Positions 9,473-19,789 are shown, counted from the first letter of the stretch. The stretch: DNA of 64,000 nt from Candidatus Binatia bacterium (GCA_963664015.2 CAXXLF010000002.1:1344001-1408000); one strand, 5' to 3'. Notes: a model not told the origin generated them from the letters alone. A program made the numbers and translations.

Positions 9473-9532
9473 CAATAGTCCCCTTCCTCAACAACGTAAC
9501 AAAATCAACATTTATACCTGTTTTTTGCGGTT

Positions 9533-9561
9533 TTGACAACCTGCGAGTTTGCCCCTATCCT
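9533..9561 (+). promoter_or_regulatory. Sigma70-type promoter for the NYN gene
   Basis: TTGACA-17 nt-TATCCT. Confidence 0.6.
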
Positions 9562-9582
9562 AAATTAATAAGGAAACCAACC

Positions 9583-10104
9583 ATGGCAATTCACATCGTA
9601 GTCGACGGATACAATCTCATCGGGAGCGACAAAGGGCTACGCGGGAACCTTGAAGGTAAGAGGAATCGGCTGATCGACCAACTCCAGCAATACCGTGCGC
9701 TAAAAGGCTATCCCATTACCTTGGTCTTCGATGGATGGCGATCCGGGCGACCGACGGAGGTGCAGACGCAACAAGGCGGGATAACCGTAATCTATTCCCA
9801 GCAGGGGGAGAAAGCAGACGATGTGATTATAAGGTTGGCACGTGGGATGGGGAGCGGTTGCGTGGTCGTGACCTCCGATCGGGAAGTCCGAAGGGCCGCC
9901 GAAAGCAGCAGCGCCGCCGCCGTTTACGTCACTGAGTTCACCGCCAAATTAGATGCTATGGACCACGACCAGCCAGAAATGATCAGAGAATCCGAGTTCG
10001 ACGCACCACCCCATGACCCTAGCCAACACCATGGAAAGAAGGGCAACCCCCGCAAACTCTCCAAAACCGAACGGCGCCGTAGAGAACGCCTTAAAAAACT
10101 GTAG
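9583..10104 (+). CDS. NYN domain (YacP/Rae1-like) ribonuclease
   Basis: IVVDGYNLI, LVFDG, EKADDVI, VVTSDREV; basic tail KKGNPRKLSK. Confidence 0.9.
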   Translation: MAIHIVVDGYNLIGSDKGLRGNLEGKRNRLIDQLQQYRALKGYPITLVFDGWRSGRPTEVQTQQGGITVIYSQQGEKADDVIIRLARGMGSGCVVVTSDREVRRAAESSSAAAVYVTEFTAKLDAMDHDQPEMIRESEFDAPPHDPSQHHGKKGNPRKLSKTERRRRERLKKL

Positions 10105-10387
10105 TGCAGCGTGCACACCTACTTCCCCTCGCGAGACAAACTCTTCAACAGTGGCCTATCGGCGGCCGCTGAGGGCCGCACCCTCGAGCTGCTGCTCACT
10201 TAGGAGCTTGCCTCTTGGCTCCTCGAAAGACAATCCCTTCGAACATGCATGGCAAGTCGGTCAATCTAAAAAATCTTTCGAATATGTCGATTAAATTTGC
10301 CGTAACCGATGGCGGCACGTAATATGAACCTGTTGATCGACAAAGACGGGCACCTGCCCGAGCAGCAAACGTGATTGGAAAAATCGC

Positions 10388-11065
10388 TTGATTCCCCTGC
10401 GCGACGATAACCCGACGGTCCTCTGGCCCCTCGTAACCGTCACCTTCATCCTGGCCAACACCGGGGTTTTCCTGTACGAACTCACCCTCGACCCACGGCT
10501 GTTGGACTCTTTGATCGGGCGAATGGGGATGGTCCCTGCCACCCTCGTAGAGAACCCGATTCATGGGACCGCCGGATACTGGACGCCCATCAGCTCAATG
10601 TTTTTACATGGCGGTTGGATGCATCTGCTGGGCAACATGCTCTACCTATGGATCTTTGGCAACAATATCGAGGATAGCATGGGTCATTCGCGCTTTACTG
10701 TTTTTTACCTATTGGTGGGTCTGGCCGCCGCTGCAACCCATGTCATCTTCAATCCTACCTCCTCCGTACCCACCGTCGGTGCCTCCGGGGCCGTCTCCGG
10801 GGTACTGGGCGGATACCTTGTCCTGTTCCCTCATGCCCGGGTCAAGACACTGGTCACTCTCGGATGGTTCATGACCATCATCCGCCTACGCGCATGGGTC
10901 CTACTAGTGGTCTGGATTGGATTTCAATTCCTCTCCCAGGCCATTCAACCCATGGACCCGAACGCTGGAGGCATCGCTTATGGGGCACATATCGGCGGTT
11001 TCGTAGCAGGGCTTGTACTGATCCTGCCCTTCAGGAAGTACCGACGACGGGTCCGTTCCCGTTAG
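10388..11065 (+). CDS. Rhomboid family intramembrane serine protease
   Basis: MIPLRDDNP, SMFLHGGWMHLLGNM, GASGA, AHIGGF. Confidence 0.95.
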   Translation: MIPLRDDNPTVLWPLVTVTFILANTGVFLYELTLDPRLLDSLIGRMGMVPATLVENPIHGTAGYWTPISSMFLHGGWMHLLGNMLYLWIFGNNIEDSMGHSRFTVFYLLVGLAAAATHVIFNPTSSVPTVGASGAVSGVLGGYLVLFPHARVKTLVTLGWFMTIIRLRAWVLLVVWIGFQFLSQAIQPMDPNAGGIAYGAHIGGFVAGLVLILPFRKYRRRVRSR

Positions 11066-11116
11066 ACATAAAGGTGAAAGGATACACGCCCCAGAGAGGG
11101 GCTTGTTAAGAGCCGA

Positions 11117-11713
11117 TTAACGACGTCTGCCGGTAATCGTTCCTCTGCGGAGATAAAGGCGGCGCGTGATTTTTCCCCTATGGGAGGACCCAGGCTGTCC
11201 ATAAGCTTCTGGGGGAATATACTGGCGGCGTTCACCACTGCCGGCTTCAGGGTGGATGTATTGGCGGCCTTTGCATTTCCTCTCAAAAGAAGGCCAATGG
11301 GGTCTGTGGACTGGGAAGGGTCTACTCCTAACACGCCTGAATCCCGAGTTGACCACAACGATATCCGTTCTGATTTGAGGACTGTAAATAATGGTTGAAG
11401 CAACCACTATGGGATGAGACCACGGCGCGGTTGGTTCGAAACGGCTCTCCTGGGGGTCGTGTTGCTGAGCAACAGGATCCACCGGGGTATCCGAACAAAA
11501 AGATCCTTGCGAATGATGAGCTGTGTAGATTCCCTTAACTCCTCAGGTACCGAGTTCAAAATGATCCGAAAAGTTTATAACCCCGCTTGGATCTGTCCAT
11601 TGGTAGACCTCTCCCATGGAAAAAGCTGGAGAGACCCAAAGCAGCAAACAGGCGAGGGGGGCCATCCACTTAATGACAATTGAAGGGTCTTTAAGACTGG
11701 GTTTGCCTTCCAT
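11117..11713 (-). pseudogene. Disrupted secreted DUF4124-like protein gene
   Basis: Signal peptide followed by GEVYQWTDPSGVINFSD, then TGA; a shifted frame gives the expected LNSVPEELRES continuation; the ORF 11117-11482 is in the original frame. Confidence 0.6.
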
Positions 11714-11792
11714 GTCGTTTGGGCCTGGATTCTTACCGATAGAATGTTTAACAGAACGAATTCAAATAAGGTCTTGGTACCAAGACGCCGCG

Positions 11793-11888
11793 AAATTAAA
11801 ATCCGAAATCCAATGCTCGGAATCTCAAATAAATCGAAGCCCTCAAATTCAAAATCCATAACAAGAATGTTTGGAATTTTATGGTTTT
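11793..11888. repeat. Heptamer-repeat tract immediately 3' of tRNA-Met
   Basis: AAATTAA-AATCCG-AAATCCA...GGAATCTC-AAATAAATC...AAATTCA-AAATCCA, with a complementary TTTGGAATTTT arm. Confidence 0.6.
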
Positions 11889-11965
11889 TGGTTGCGGGGG
11901 GTGGATTTGAACCACCGACCTCAAGGTTATGAGCCTTGCGAGCTACCGGACTGCTCCACCCCGCG
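11889..11965 (-). tRNA. tRNA-fMet (initiator, CAT)
   Basis: CGCGGGGTGGAGCAGTCCGGTAGCTCGCAAGGCTCATAACCTTGAGGTCGGTGGTTCAAATCCACCCCCCGCAACCA; C1:A72 mismatch, encoded CCA. Confidence 0.97.
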
Positions 11966-11970
11966 CCATC

Positions 11971-11999
11971 TTTGTATATGCTGGAGTAGGTGAAGTCAA
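11971..11999 (-). promoter_or_regulatory. Promoter for tRNA-fMet
   Basis: Minus strand TTGACT-17 nt-TACAAA just upstream of the tRNA. Confidence 0.5.
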
Positions 12000-12197
12000 G
12001 GCACACTAAATTGAAGTCACTGGAGAAAAACGTTCGCGGTTTCTGCGCATTCGAACAACCGCGCCCCGTCGCGACCGCTGAGGGTTTCGACGAGGCTCGG
12101 CCTAACGGGCGCCGGGTTCTCCGTGGAAAACGAGTGCTGTGAATGCATGCTGATTCTGATAAGGGTGAACAAACCAATGAAAGGGTAGGACAAAGAA

Positions 12198-12641
12198 ATG
12201 TCAGAAAAAGAAAAAGTCCCCCGACTCACCGTCGACATCATCATTGAGATCCACCCGAGAACTGTCGTTCTCATTGAAAGGAAAAATCCGCCCCCTGGCT
12301 GGGCATTGCCGGGCGGCTTTGTCGATTACGGGGAGAGCCTGGAGGAGGCGGCCGTACGGGAGGCCGAAGAAGAGACCACGTTGAAAGTCCAGCTAAGTGA
12401 ACAGTTCCACACCTACTCAGACCCGCGACGCGACTCTCGCCATCACAACGTCTCCACGGTCTTTATTGCCAGGGCCCAGGGAATCCCCAAAGGAAGAGAC
12501 GACGCCAGACGGGCCGAGGAATTCTCCGAAGGCGCCTTCCCCCACAACCTGGCCTTCGACCACGCTCAAATCTTGGAGGACTACTTAATTTACAAAAGGA
12601 CGGGCACGAAACCCGGGATCCGGGCTATCCCAGCTTCTTGA
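12198..12641 (+). CDS. Nudix hydrolase (ADP-ribose pyrophosphatase-like)
   Basis: [26 protein letters not shown] Nudix box; SDPRRD; LAFDH. Confidence 0.93.
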   Translation: MSEKEKVPRLTVDIIIEIHPRTVVLIERKNPPPGWALPGGFVDYGESLEEAAVREAEEETTLKVQLSEQFHTYSDPRRDSRHHNVSTVFIARAQGIPKGRDDARRAEEFSEGAFPHNLAFDHAQILEDYLIYKRTGTKPGIRAIPAS

Positions 12642-13836
12642 GAGCAGTCTCTATGCGGTCACAACCCTTGTGGATATCATTCATCGGGACCGTGTAGCTG
12701 AATCGAATGTGCTCCGGTGAACCGAAGTCCTCACCGGGGACAGCGACGACCTGGGCCTCTTCGAGAAGAAAGTTGGACAGGTCACTGGCTGATGCAATCG
12801 TTCCTTTCTTCCCCTGTTTCCCCAATAGGGAACGGATGCTGGGAAAGACATAAAACGCACCTTCCGGCCGGTTGCACTCCACACCTTCCATGGCATTGAA
12901 GCGCTCCACGATCGCATCTCGACGGGGCTGAAGTCCGCGCACTAACTCCTTCAATTCATCATCAGGGCCGTGGAGGGCTTCCAGCGCCGCCGCCTGCGCA
13001 AATGAGGTGGGATTGGAAGTGCTCTGGCTTTGTATCTTGCCCGCCGCCGATAACAGCGGAACCGGACCGACAGCATAACCAATACGCCAACCCGTCATGG
13101 CATATGTCTTTGACATGGAATTGACAATAACGGTTCGCTCCTTCAGCGGCGGGTTGACCGTGACGATGTTATGGAATTCAAAATCGTCATAGACGATTTT
13201 CTCATAGACATCGTCGGAAATGATTAAACAACCATGAGCCTCCACGATCCGTGACAAGGCAAGCAGTTCTTCACGGTGATAGGCCACCCCCGTAGGGTTA
13301 TTGGGACTGTTGAGAATGAGGGCGCGGGTCCGGGGACCCAGTGCCGCCTTTAACCCCTCCGGCGTCAGACGGAAGTCGTCCCTACCACTACCTTTGACAA
13401 TCCGCGGCACCCCTCCCGATAGGAGGACGATATCCCGATAGCTGACCCAATAGGGAGCTGGGATGATGACCTCATCGCCCTCGTCTAGCATCGCTTGAAA
13501 AATGTTGTAGAGGGAATGCTTTCCGCCGCAACTCACCAAGACCTGGTCGCTACTATATTCCAACCCGAATTCATCTTTGTATTTCTGGGCGATGGCTTCG
13601 CGCAGGGGCGCAATCCCCCGAACCTCAGTGTACTTAGTCATTCCCCGATTGAGGGCCTCGATGGCAGCCCGCTTAATCCGCTCTGGCGTATCGGTGTCCA
13701 GTTCACCGGCGGCAAAATTGATCACGGCAATTCCCTCAGCGCGCATGGCTGTCGCCTTGGCGGCCAGAGCTAAGGTAATGGACGGTTTAATGGCTAGGCT
13801 TCTCTTACTAAGCTTCATTGTTAAATTTTCCACCAT
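12625..13836 (-). CDS. PLP-dependent aminotransferase class I (aspartate aminotransferase-like)
   Basis: [29 protein letters not shown]. Confidence 0.92.
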   Translation of the reverse strand: MVENLTMKLSKRSLAIKPSITLALAAKATAMRAEGIAVINFAAGELDTDTPERIKRAAIEALNRGMTKYTEVRGIAPLREAIAQKYKDEFGLEYSSDQVLVSCGGKHSLYNIFQAMLDEGDEVIIPAPYWVSYRDIVLLSGGVPRIVKGSGRDDFRLTPEGLKAALGPRTRALILNSPNNPTGVAYHREELLALSRIVEAHGCLIISDDVYEKIVYDDFEFHNIVTVNPPLKERTVIVNSMSKTYAMTGWRIGYAVGPVPLLSAAGKIQSQSTSNPTSFAQAAALEALHGPDDELKELVRGLQPRRDAIVERFNAMEGVECNRPEGAFYVFPSIRSLLGKQGKKGTIASASDLSNFLLEEAQVVAVPGEDFGSPEHIRFSYTVPMNDIHKGCDRIETALKKLG

Positions 13837-13839
13837 CTC

Positions 13840-14334
13840 TTACTGTTTGAATTTTTCCTTGAGACTTCGCAACACACTTTTGGGGACCAGACCGGAGACA
13901 TCCCCTCCCAGGCCAACGACTTCCTTGACCAGTCGCGAACTGATGTAGAAATAAGACTCCCCGGTCATCATAAAGAAGGTTTCGAGTCCGGGTTTCAGCC
14001 CACGATTCATCATCGCCATCTGGAATTCATACTCGAAATCAGAAACGGCCCTGAGTCCTCGGATGATGACGCCGGCGCCAACTTTTTCTGCGTAGTTCAC
14101 CAGCAGATCATCAAAGCTGTCTACCTCAACACGAGAGCCGAGGCCCTTAAACACCTCGCCAATCATGGCTACTCGTTCTTCAACGCTGAACAGCGAACTG
14201 TCCTTGTCCCGGTTGGTGGCGATGGCAACGATGACCTTGTCAAAAACCCGCAGGGTTCGCTCCACAAGATCGATGTGGCCATTGGTGATCGGATCAAAGG
14301 AACCGGGATAGACGACTATGTCCGTGCGTGCCAT
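13840..14334 (-). CDS. coaD: Phosphopantetheine adenylyltransferase
   Basis: YPGSFDPITNGH, RGLRAVSDFEYE, ISSRLVKE. Confidence 0.97.
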   Translation of the reverse strand: MARTDIVVYPGSFDPITNGHIDLVERTLRVFDKVIVAIATNRDKDSSLFSVEERVAMIGEVFKGLGSRVEVDSFDDLLVNYAEKVGAGVIIRGLRAVSDFEYEFQMAMMNRGLKPGLETFFMMTGESYFYISSRLVKEVVGLGGDVSGLVPKSVLRSLKEKFKQ

Positions 14335-14340
14335 ATGCGT

Positions 14341-14919
14341 TCATTCTCCTTTTGCAGTTAACCCAAGTCCAACGTTTCCGAAAAAGGACAGCAGGGTGCT
14401 ACCGTAGCAACGTTGGTCCCGAAGCTCCAGAGGTCCATACCGCCCCTGCGCCGTTTCCCTCGTGCTGTGCTCCAGGATCAGGACTCCGTTCTCCGTAAGA
14501 AGCGCTTCCCCAGCGATGGCCTCGAGGACCCTACCCACCCATCCCTTATCGTAGGGGGGGTCGACAAAGACAAGATCGAATTTTTTTTCTCCACCTGCCA
14601 GTGTGCGTATGGCCCGAAGGACCGGCATGACTCGGACCTGGGCCCGCTGGGAGAATCCAAGGGCTAGCAGATTTGCCCTGATCATTTTAGCCGCCCTTTG
14701 GGACTGGTCAATGAGGCAGGCATCTTCAGCCCCTCGGCTGAGGGCCTCCAGGGTCAAGTTACCCGTGCCCGCAAAGAGATCCAACACCCGATAACCGGAG
14801 AGATCACGGGGTAAAATATTAAAGAGCGCTTCCTTGACTCGATCCGCTGTTGGGCGAACCGCTCGTCCTGGGAAGGATTTTAACCGGCGCCCCTTAGCTG
14901 TTCCACTAATGACTCTCAT
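14341..14919 (-). CDS. rsmD: 16S rRNA m2G966 methyltransferase
   Basis: MRVISGTAKGR, RPTADRVKEALFN, LDLFAGTG, DPPY. Confidence 0.95.
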   Translation of the reverse strand: MRVISGTAKGRRLKSFPGRAVRPTADRVKEALFNILPRDLSGYRVLDLFAGTGNLTLEALSRGAEDACLIDQSQRAAKMIRANLLALGFSQRAQVRVMPVLRAIRTLAGGEKKFDLVFVDPPYDKGWVGRVLEAIAGEALLTENGVLILEHSTRETAQGRYGPLELRDQRCYGSTLLSFFGNVGLGLTAKGE

Positions 14920-15059
14920 ATCCTATTGCCCCATTACCACCGGTTGGGCGGAGGAGAGAGCGACGTGCCCCCCATCCAGCACCCTTACCCCGCCGAATTC
15001 CATCAGGATCCGAATTTCTCCAGTTTCCCCAGCTTCGGTAGAACAACTATCCCACAGTT

Positions 15060-16103
15060 TCAATTAGCCACTCCTAGAACAATCTTCCCGAACTGCTTCC
15101 CTTCTTCGAGACGCTGATGAGCCGCTGCCGCTTCGTGCAATGGAAAGACACTGTCGATGATCGGTCTGATCTTAGAGGCTCGAAAGAACTGAAGGAGCTG
15201 AATAAATTCTTGACGGCTTCCCAGAGTAGAACCGAAAATACTGAGATGGTTCCAGAAGATGCGCCGGATGTTGGTCTGCGGGAAGGCCCCGGCCGTGGCT
15301 CCACAGGTCACCAAGCGCCCTCCCTTGGCCAATGCGGCCAGGCTTTTGGCCCAATTGTCTCCCCCGACACAATCGACGACCACGTCGACACCTCGTTTCC
15401 CGGTTATAGCCCTCGCCTCTTTGACAAAATCCGAATTCCTGTAATTGATGCCGTGGTCCGCACCCAGCTTGCGGGCCAAATCCAACTTCTCATCGCTGCT
15501 TGAGGTCACAATGACCTGGGCCCCCATCTCCTCGGCCAATTGCAACGCCGCGGAGGCCACACCTCCACCAATCCCAAGTATCAATACGGTCTCGCCGGGT
15601 TTCAGCACCGCATTGGTTATCAGCATGCGCCACAAGGTGATGAAGACCAGGGGAAACGCCGCGGCCTCCTCAAAGGAAAACCCGGCCGGTATAGGGAAAC
15701 AGTTTCGCGCCGGCAATTTCACATACTCTGCATAGGTGCCATTCACCCTCTCTCCGAGGACTCGCAGCTGAACGCACATGTAGTCTCGGTCCGATTGGCA
15801 AAACTCACAGCAACCGCAACCGCTCGGCGGATAAAGACACACAGCATCGCCGGTTTTAACATGGGTCACACCTTCACCCACCTCGACCACGATCCCCGCA
15901 CCGTCTCCTCCCAGGATGTGGGGCATGGAGACCTCCATCCCCGTAAGGCCTTCCCGGTTCCAGATGTCGATATGATTCAGGGCTGCTGTCTTGAGTTGAA
16001 CAATCGCATCATGGGGAGAGGTCATCTTTGGATCCTCCAACTCCTCAAAATGCAGTTTGTCCCGCCCGCCGTATTCACGAATGCAGACAGCTTTCAATGA
16101 CAC
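15060..16103 (-). CDS. Zinc-binding alcohol dehydrogenase / quinone oxidoreductase (MDR family)
   Basis: LNHIDIW, PHILGGDGAG, CGCCEFC structural Zn site, GIGGGV, FGKIVL. Confidence 0.9.
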   Translation of the reverse strand: MSLKAVCIREYGGRDKLHFEELEDPKMTSPHDAIVQLKTAALNHIDIWNREGLTGMEVSMPHILGGDGAGIVVEVGEGVTHVKTGDAVCLYPPSGCGCCEFCQSDRDYMCVQLRVLGERVNGTYAEYVKLPARNCFPIPAGFSFEEAAAFPLVFITLWRMLITNAVLKPGETVLILGIGGGVASAALQLAEEMGAQVIVTSSSDEKLDLARKLGADHGINYRNSDFVKEARAITGKRGVDVVVDCVGGDNWAKSLAALAKGGRLVTCGATAGAFPQTNIRRIFWNHLSIFGSTLGSRQEFIQLLQFFRASKIRPIIDSVFPLHEAAAAHQRLEEGKQFGKIVLGVAN

Positions 16104-16187
16104 AACCCGCTAAAAATCATGTTTCTGGTTAGCAAGTTATAAAAAGGGTGTCAATTCCGCCTGGGGAACGGGACGGTCATTGATACC

Positions 16188-17642
16188 CTAAGAATGGACT
16201 GAAGCGTTGGAGGAGAGTCGTTGCTCCAGGGAACCCAGAATTTTTTCTTGCACTCGATCAAAACCGCCGTTGGACATAATCAGGATAACGTCACCTGATT
16301 TGGCCCTTCCCGTCACATAGGCGGCAATATCATCAGCCTTTTCGATATAGACCGCTCGTTTATCCCCCGCAATTTTTTCGATCCGGCTGACCACATTGGA
16401 AGGGGAAAGCCGTTCGGTCTCGGGTATCTTCTCCGGGTGATAGAGTCCGGCAACAACGATACGATCGGCCTCGGCAAGGCAATGAGAGAACTCTTGTTCA
16501 AAAATGCGTCTTCGGCTGGTTTGACTCCGTGGCTCAAACACGGCCCAAAGTCTCTGCCCGGGATAGGCCATGCGCAGTCCCGTAATTGTTTCCCTAATGG
16601 CCGTTGGATGGTGAGCAAAGTCATCGATCACGGTGATCCCGCCTATTTCACCTTTGATCTCCTGACGTCTTCTGACACCGGCAAAGCTCCCCATGGCGTT
16701 TTGGATGACCGACCGGCTGACCCCCAACTCTCTCGCCATGGCAAAAACCCCGAGGGCATTTTCTACGTTGTGTCGTCCCAATAGGGACAACACCAGGGAT
16801 CCCTCGAGTCGGTTCTTATAGAAAACCTCAAATTGCATGCGGCCCTGATCCATACGCACATCTTTGGCGACCCACCCTACCGGCTCCCCTTCACCGTAGT
16901 ACGTCACGGGGCAAGGGGCCGCACGTGCGACCTCTTTTGCCGCCTCATAGCGATTGCATACGAGTACCGAGCCAGTGGCGGGTAGGCTTTGCATAAGGCG
17001 TACAAAGGCGCTTTTCAGCTGAGCCATGTCCGAATAAATATCTGCGTGGTCGAATTCGAGGCTGGTCAGGATCACCTTTTCCGCACCATAGTGAAGAAAC
17101 TTGGGGCCTTTATCAAAAAATGCGCTGTCGTACTCGTCTCCCTCCAGAACCGCCCAGAGTCCGTTTCCTGTTTGTAACCCGCTCTTGAAGTTTTTAGGCA
17201 TGCCGCCGATAAAGTAACTCGGTGCTAACCCCGCCTGGCTGAGCACCCAGGCCATCATTGAAGTCGTGCTAGTCTTGCCGTGAGTCCCCGCAACGACCAA
17301 TGATCTCTTTGCACCGATCAGAAACCGTCTCAGCGCATGGGGGAATGAGATTGACGGGGTCTCCCTTTGGAGCATGGATTGAACCTCAGGGTTGTCCCGT
17401 GAAACCGCATTACCAACCACCACCAGGCCGGGGGAATCTTTTAACTGAGCCGGATCGTAGCCCAAGTGCACGGGGATTCCCAATTCCTCAAGGTAAGTAC
17501 TCATGGGAGGGTAAATCCCCTCGTCCGATCCAGTGACTCGGTAACCCTGAGACTGTAGAAGTCCGGCCAGAGCAGCCATCCCGACACCGCAGATCGCAAT
17601 GAGGTGAATGTGCCCCCCGTTCTCAGGCAGCTGCTCATTCAT
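16188..17642 (-). CDS. mpl: UDP-MurNAc:L-Ala-gamma-D-Glu-meso-DAP ligase
   Basis: AICGVGM, YPPMST, AGTHGKTSTT, EGDEYDSAFFDKGPKF, DDFAHHP, MSNGGF. Confidence 0.93.
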   Translation of the reverse strand: MNEQLPENGGHIHLIAICGVGMAALAGLLQSQGYRVTGSDEGIYPPMSTYLEELGIPVHLGYDPAQLKDSPGLVVVGNAVSRDNPEVQSMLQRETPSISFPHALRRFLIGAKRSLVVAGTHGKTSTTSMMAWVLSQAGLAPSYFIGGMPKNFKSGLQTGNGLWAVLEGDEYDSAFFDKGPKFLHYGAEKVILTSLEFDHADIYSDMAQLKSAFVRLMQSLPATGSVLVCNRYEAAKEVARAAPCPVTYYGEGEPVGWVAKDVRMDQGRMQFEVFYKNRLEGSLVLSLLGRHNVENALGVFAMARELGVSRSVIQNAMGSFAGVRRRQEIKGEIGGITVIDDFAHHPTAIRETITGLRMAYPGQRLWAVFEPRSQTSRRRIFEQEFSHCLAEADRIVVAGLYHPEKIPETERLSPSNVVSRIEKIAGDKRAVYIEKADDIAAYVTGRAKSGDVILIMSNGGFDRVQEKILGSLEQRLSSNASVHS

Positions 17643-18766
17643 GAGAAGAGGGTCTTTAAGATGAGGTTGTGGATGAAAGGGCGAAATTCCCGGATCTTGT
17701 TGCTATTCCGATTGGGGTGGATTCGATTGGTGAGGAGGATAACATGGCAGTTCCTTTCCAGGTCCCACCACAGTGAGACCCCCGTGAACCCCAGATGGCC
17801 CACTGATGCGGGGGAAAATTGATCTCCGCTGCTAGAATCTTTAGAGGAAGGGGTATCCCACCCGAGGGCGAAGGTCGCCCCCTCGACGGACCGGTTACGG
17901 GTCAAGAATTCTCGGACCACCGGCTGCGGCAAGAACGGGTCTTTACCTTCGTAACATTTTCCAAGGCGGTCCATATAGGTATGGATATCCCGTGCGGTGG
18001 AAAAAAGTCCCGCGTGGCCGGCGACACCGCCCATGGCATAGGCGTTTTCATCGTGGACTTCCCCGCAAAGAATTTTCTTCCGCCACGGGCAGTTTTCAGT
18101 GGGTGCAACTCTCTCTTGGCCTGGACGTGTCCGACGGCCCCATAATTGTGTCAAGTCAACAAAAAAGGTCGAGTTGAGCCCCAGCGGCTGGAAGACACGC
18201 TCCTGACAAAAGCGATCAAAAGTCCGACCGCTTATCTGCTCAATGATCTCGCTGAGAAGCATAAACCCCAGGTCGCTATATACCACTTTCCTACCCGGCG
18301 CGGCGATGGGACGTTCTCGATGGATCCTTTCCAATACAAAGCTCTGAGCTGCCTTACTGGCAACAAATTTGAGTCCTCCGATCTTTTCCGACTTGGCCAC
18401 CTCTTCATAAAACGGTTTCCATGCCGCAAGTCCGGAGCAGTGTGCCAATACATGGCGAAAAGTCGCATGGCTTTTTCCAAAGACACCGAAGTTGGGAATG
18501 AATCGGGTGACCTGGTCATCCAACCGGATCTTCCCCTCCTTCACCAGGAGCATGATCGCCGTCGTCGTCGCAATCGGCTTGGTCAGTGAGGCCAGATCGA
18601 AAATAGTGTCCTGAGTCAGCGGGCTCTTTTCCGGAAGCAGAGAACGCAACCCATAAACCCCCTCAAAAAGGATCTCTTCTCCTCTACCTACCAGGACCAC
18701 AGCCCCAGGGAAGACCCTGTTATCAACGGCCTCCTTGAAGGCATCCTCTACAGGACCGAACTCCAT
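17639..18766 (-). CDS. Serine hydrolase, beta-lactamase/AmiE-like family, cytoplasmic
   Basis: FDLASLTK (SxxK), YSDLG, GEVHDENA, GHAGLFST, GHLGFTG; no signal peptide. Confidence 0.9.
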   Translation of the reverse strand: MEFGPVEDAFKEAVDNRVFPGAVVLVGRGEEILFEGVYGLRSLLPEKSPLTQDTIFDLASLTKPIATTTAIMLLVKEGKIRLDDQVTRFIPNFGVFGKSHATFRHVLAHCSGLAAWKPFYEEVAKSEKIGGLKFVASKAAQSFVLERIHRERPIAAPGRKVVYSDLGFMLLSEIIEQISGRTFDRFCQERVFQPLGLNSTFFVDLTQLWGRRTRPGQERVAPTENCPWRKKILCGEVHDENAYAMGGVAGHAGLFSTARDIHTYMDRLGKCYEGKDPFLPQPVVREFLTRNRSVEGATFALGWDTPSSKDSSSGDQFSPASVGHLGFTGVSLWWDLERNCHVILLTNRIHPNRNSNKIREFRPFIHNLILKTLFS

Positions 18767-18793
18767 AATATGCCTCTTACTGATCTGATAATT

Positions 18794-19720
18794 TCAACGT
18801 GTCACGGTGGGCGATTCCAACGACGATAATGAACCTTCCATCGGGTTCAATGCCATTTTTACCCCGAAGGGAAGCAGGAGATTGACTTGCCCATGTCCCC
18901 CTTGAAAGTCCCACAGCACCGGATAACCGGCATCCTGGAAGACTTCCTGGACAATCTGCTTCAACCCCCTCTCCTCGTCGGAACCACAATCGGTAAACTG
19001 CCCAAAGACTATCCCAGTAACATGATCGAGTTTGCCGGCCATCTTTAGATGGGTCAGCATGCGTTCGATCCGGTAGGGTTTTTCACCAATATCTTCTAGA
19101 AATAGAATTTTCCCCTTGGTTTGGATCTCGTAAGGCGTCCCGAGAGTGGTCACAATAACTGAAAGGCATCCGCCTACTACTTCACCTCGGACCTCTTTGG
19201 TTCCCGGACAAAGCGTATGGAGGCCTTCCACATGCCATTCATTGTTTTTCCCGCTCAGCGTATCCCAAAAATAATTCTTGCTGCGTCCCGTAAGGCCTTT
19301 GGCGATATCCATAACGACCATCGGGCCGTGAAAGGTCACCAACCCGCATTTTTGGGATATCCAGTTTAATAGCACACTTACATCGCTGTACCCAACGAAA
19401 ATTTTGGGGTGGGAACGAACCGTTTCGATATCCAATAGGGGTAGGAGCTGAATGGAGCCGAATCCGCCCCGGGCGCAAAGAATGGCATGGATATCCGCCC
19501 GCACAAAGAACTGCTCAAGGGCCTTGACCCTCTGCTCCGCCGCACCAGCAAGGTACCCCTTTCGCTCGGAGATTCCCTCGGCCAATTCAACGCTATATCC
19601 CTCGCGTTCAAGGGCCTTGACCCCTTTCTCGATCTGGATACTCTGCACAGCCCCCGAAGGGGCCAGGATTCCAATCTTATCACCTCTTTTAAGAGCACTT
19701 GGCCTTAATTTAGCGATCAC
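18794..19720 (-). CDS. ldcA: LD-carboxypeptidase (S66 family)
   Basis: ARGGFG, GYSD, TFHGPM, LFLEDIGE, GGHG; likely GTG start at 19720. Confidence 0.92.
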   Translation of the reverse strand: MIAKLRPSALKRGDKIGILAPSGAVQSIQIEKGVKALEREGYSVELAEGISERKGYLAGAAEQRVKALEQFFVRADIHAILCARGGFGSIQLLPLLDIETVRSHPKIFVGYSDVSVLLNWISQKCGLVTFHGPMVVMDIAKGLTGRSKNYFWDTLSGKNNEWHVEGLHTLCPGTKEVRGEVVGGCLSVIVTTLGTPYEIQTKGKILFLEDIGEKPYRIERMLTHLKMAGKLDHVTGIVFGQFTDCGSDEERGLKQIVQEVFQDAGYPVLWDFQGGHGQVNLLLPFGVKMALNPMEGSLSSLESPTVTR

Positions 19721-19789
19721 TGAAATCACCTTGAGTAAGGAGGGTAATGGGAACAGCCCCTGGGGGGCCTTTCGTGAAGTCTTACCTAA

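Noticed and set aside
11543-11545. In-frame TGA as selenocysteine
   Set aside because: No redox motif context or convincing SECIS hairpin; the shifted frame fits the family better.
11066-11890. Integrative element at the tRNA-Met 3' end
   Set aside because: No integrase and no duplicated tRNA 3' end (att site) seen in the window.
11575-12177. 200-aa minus-strand ORF
   Set aside because: Runs through the tRNA and the repeat tract; spurious.
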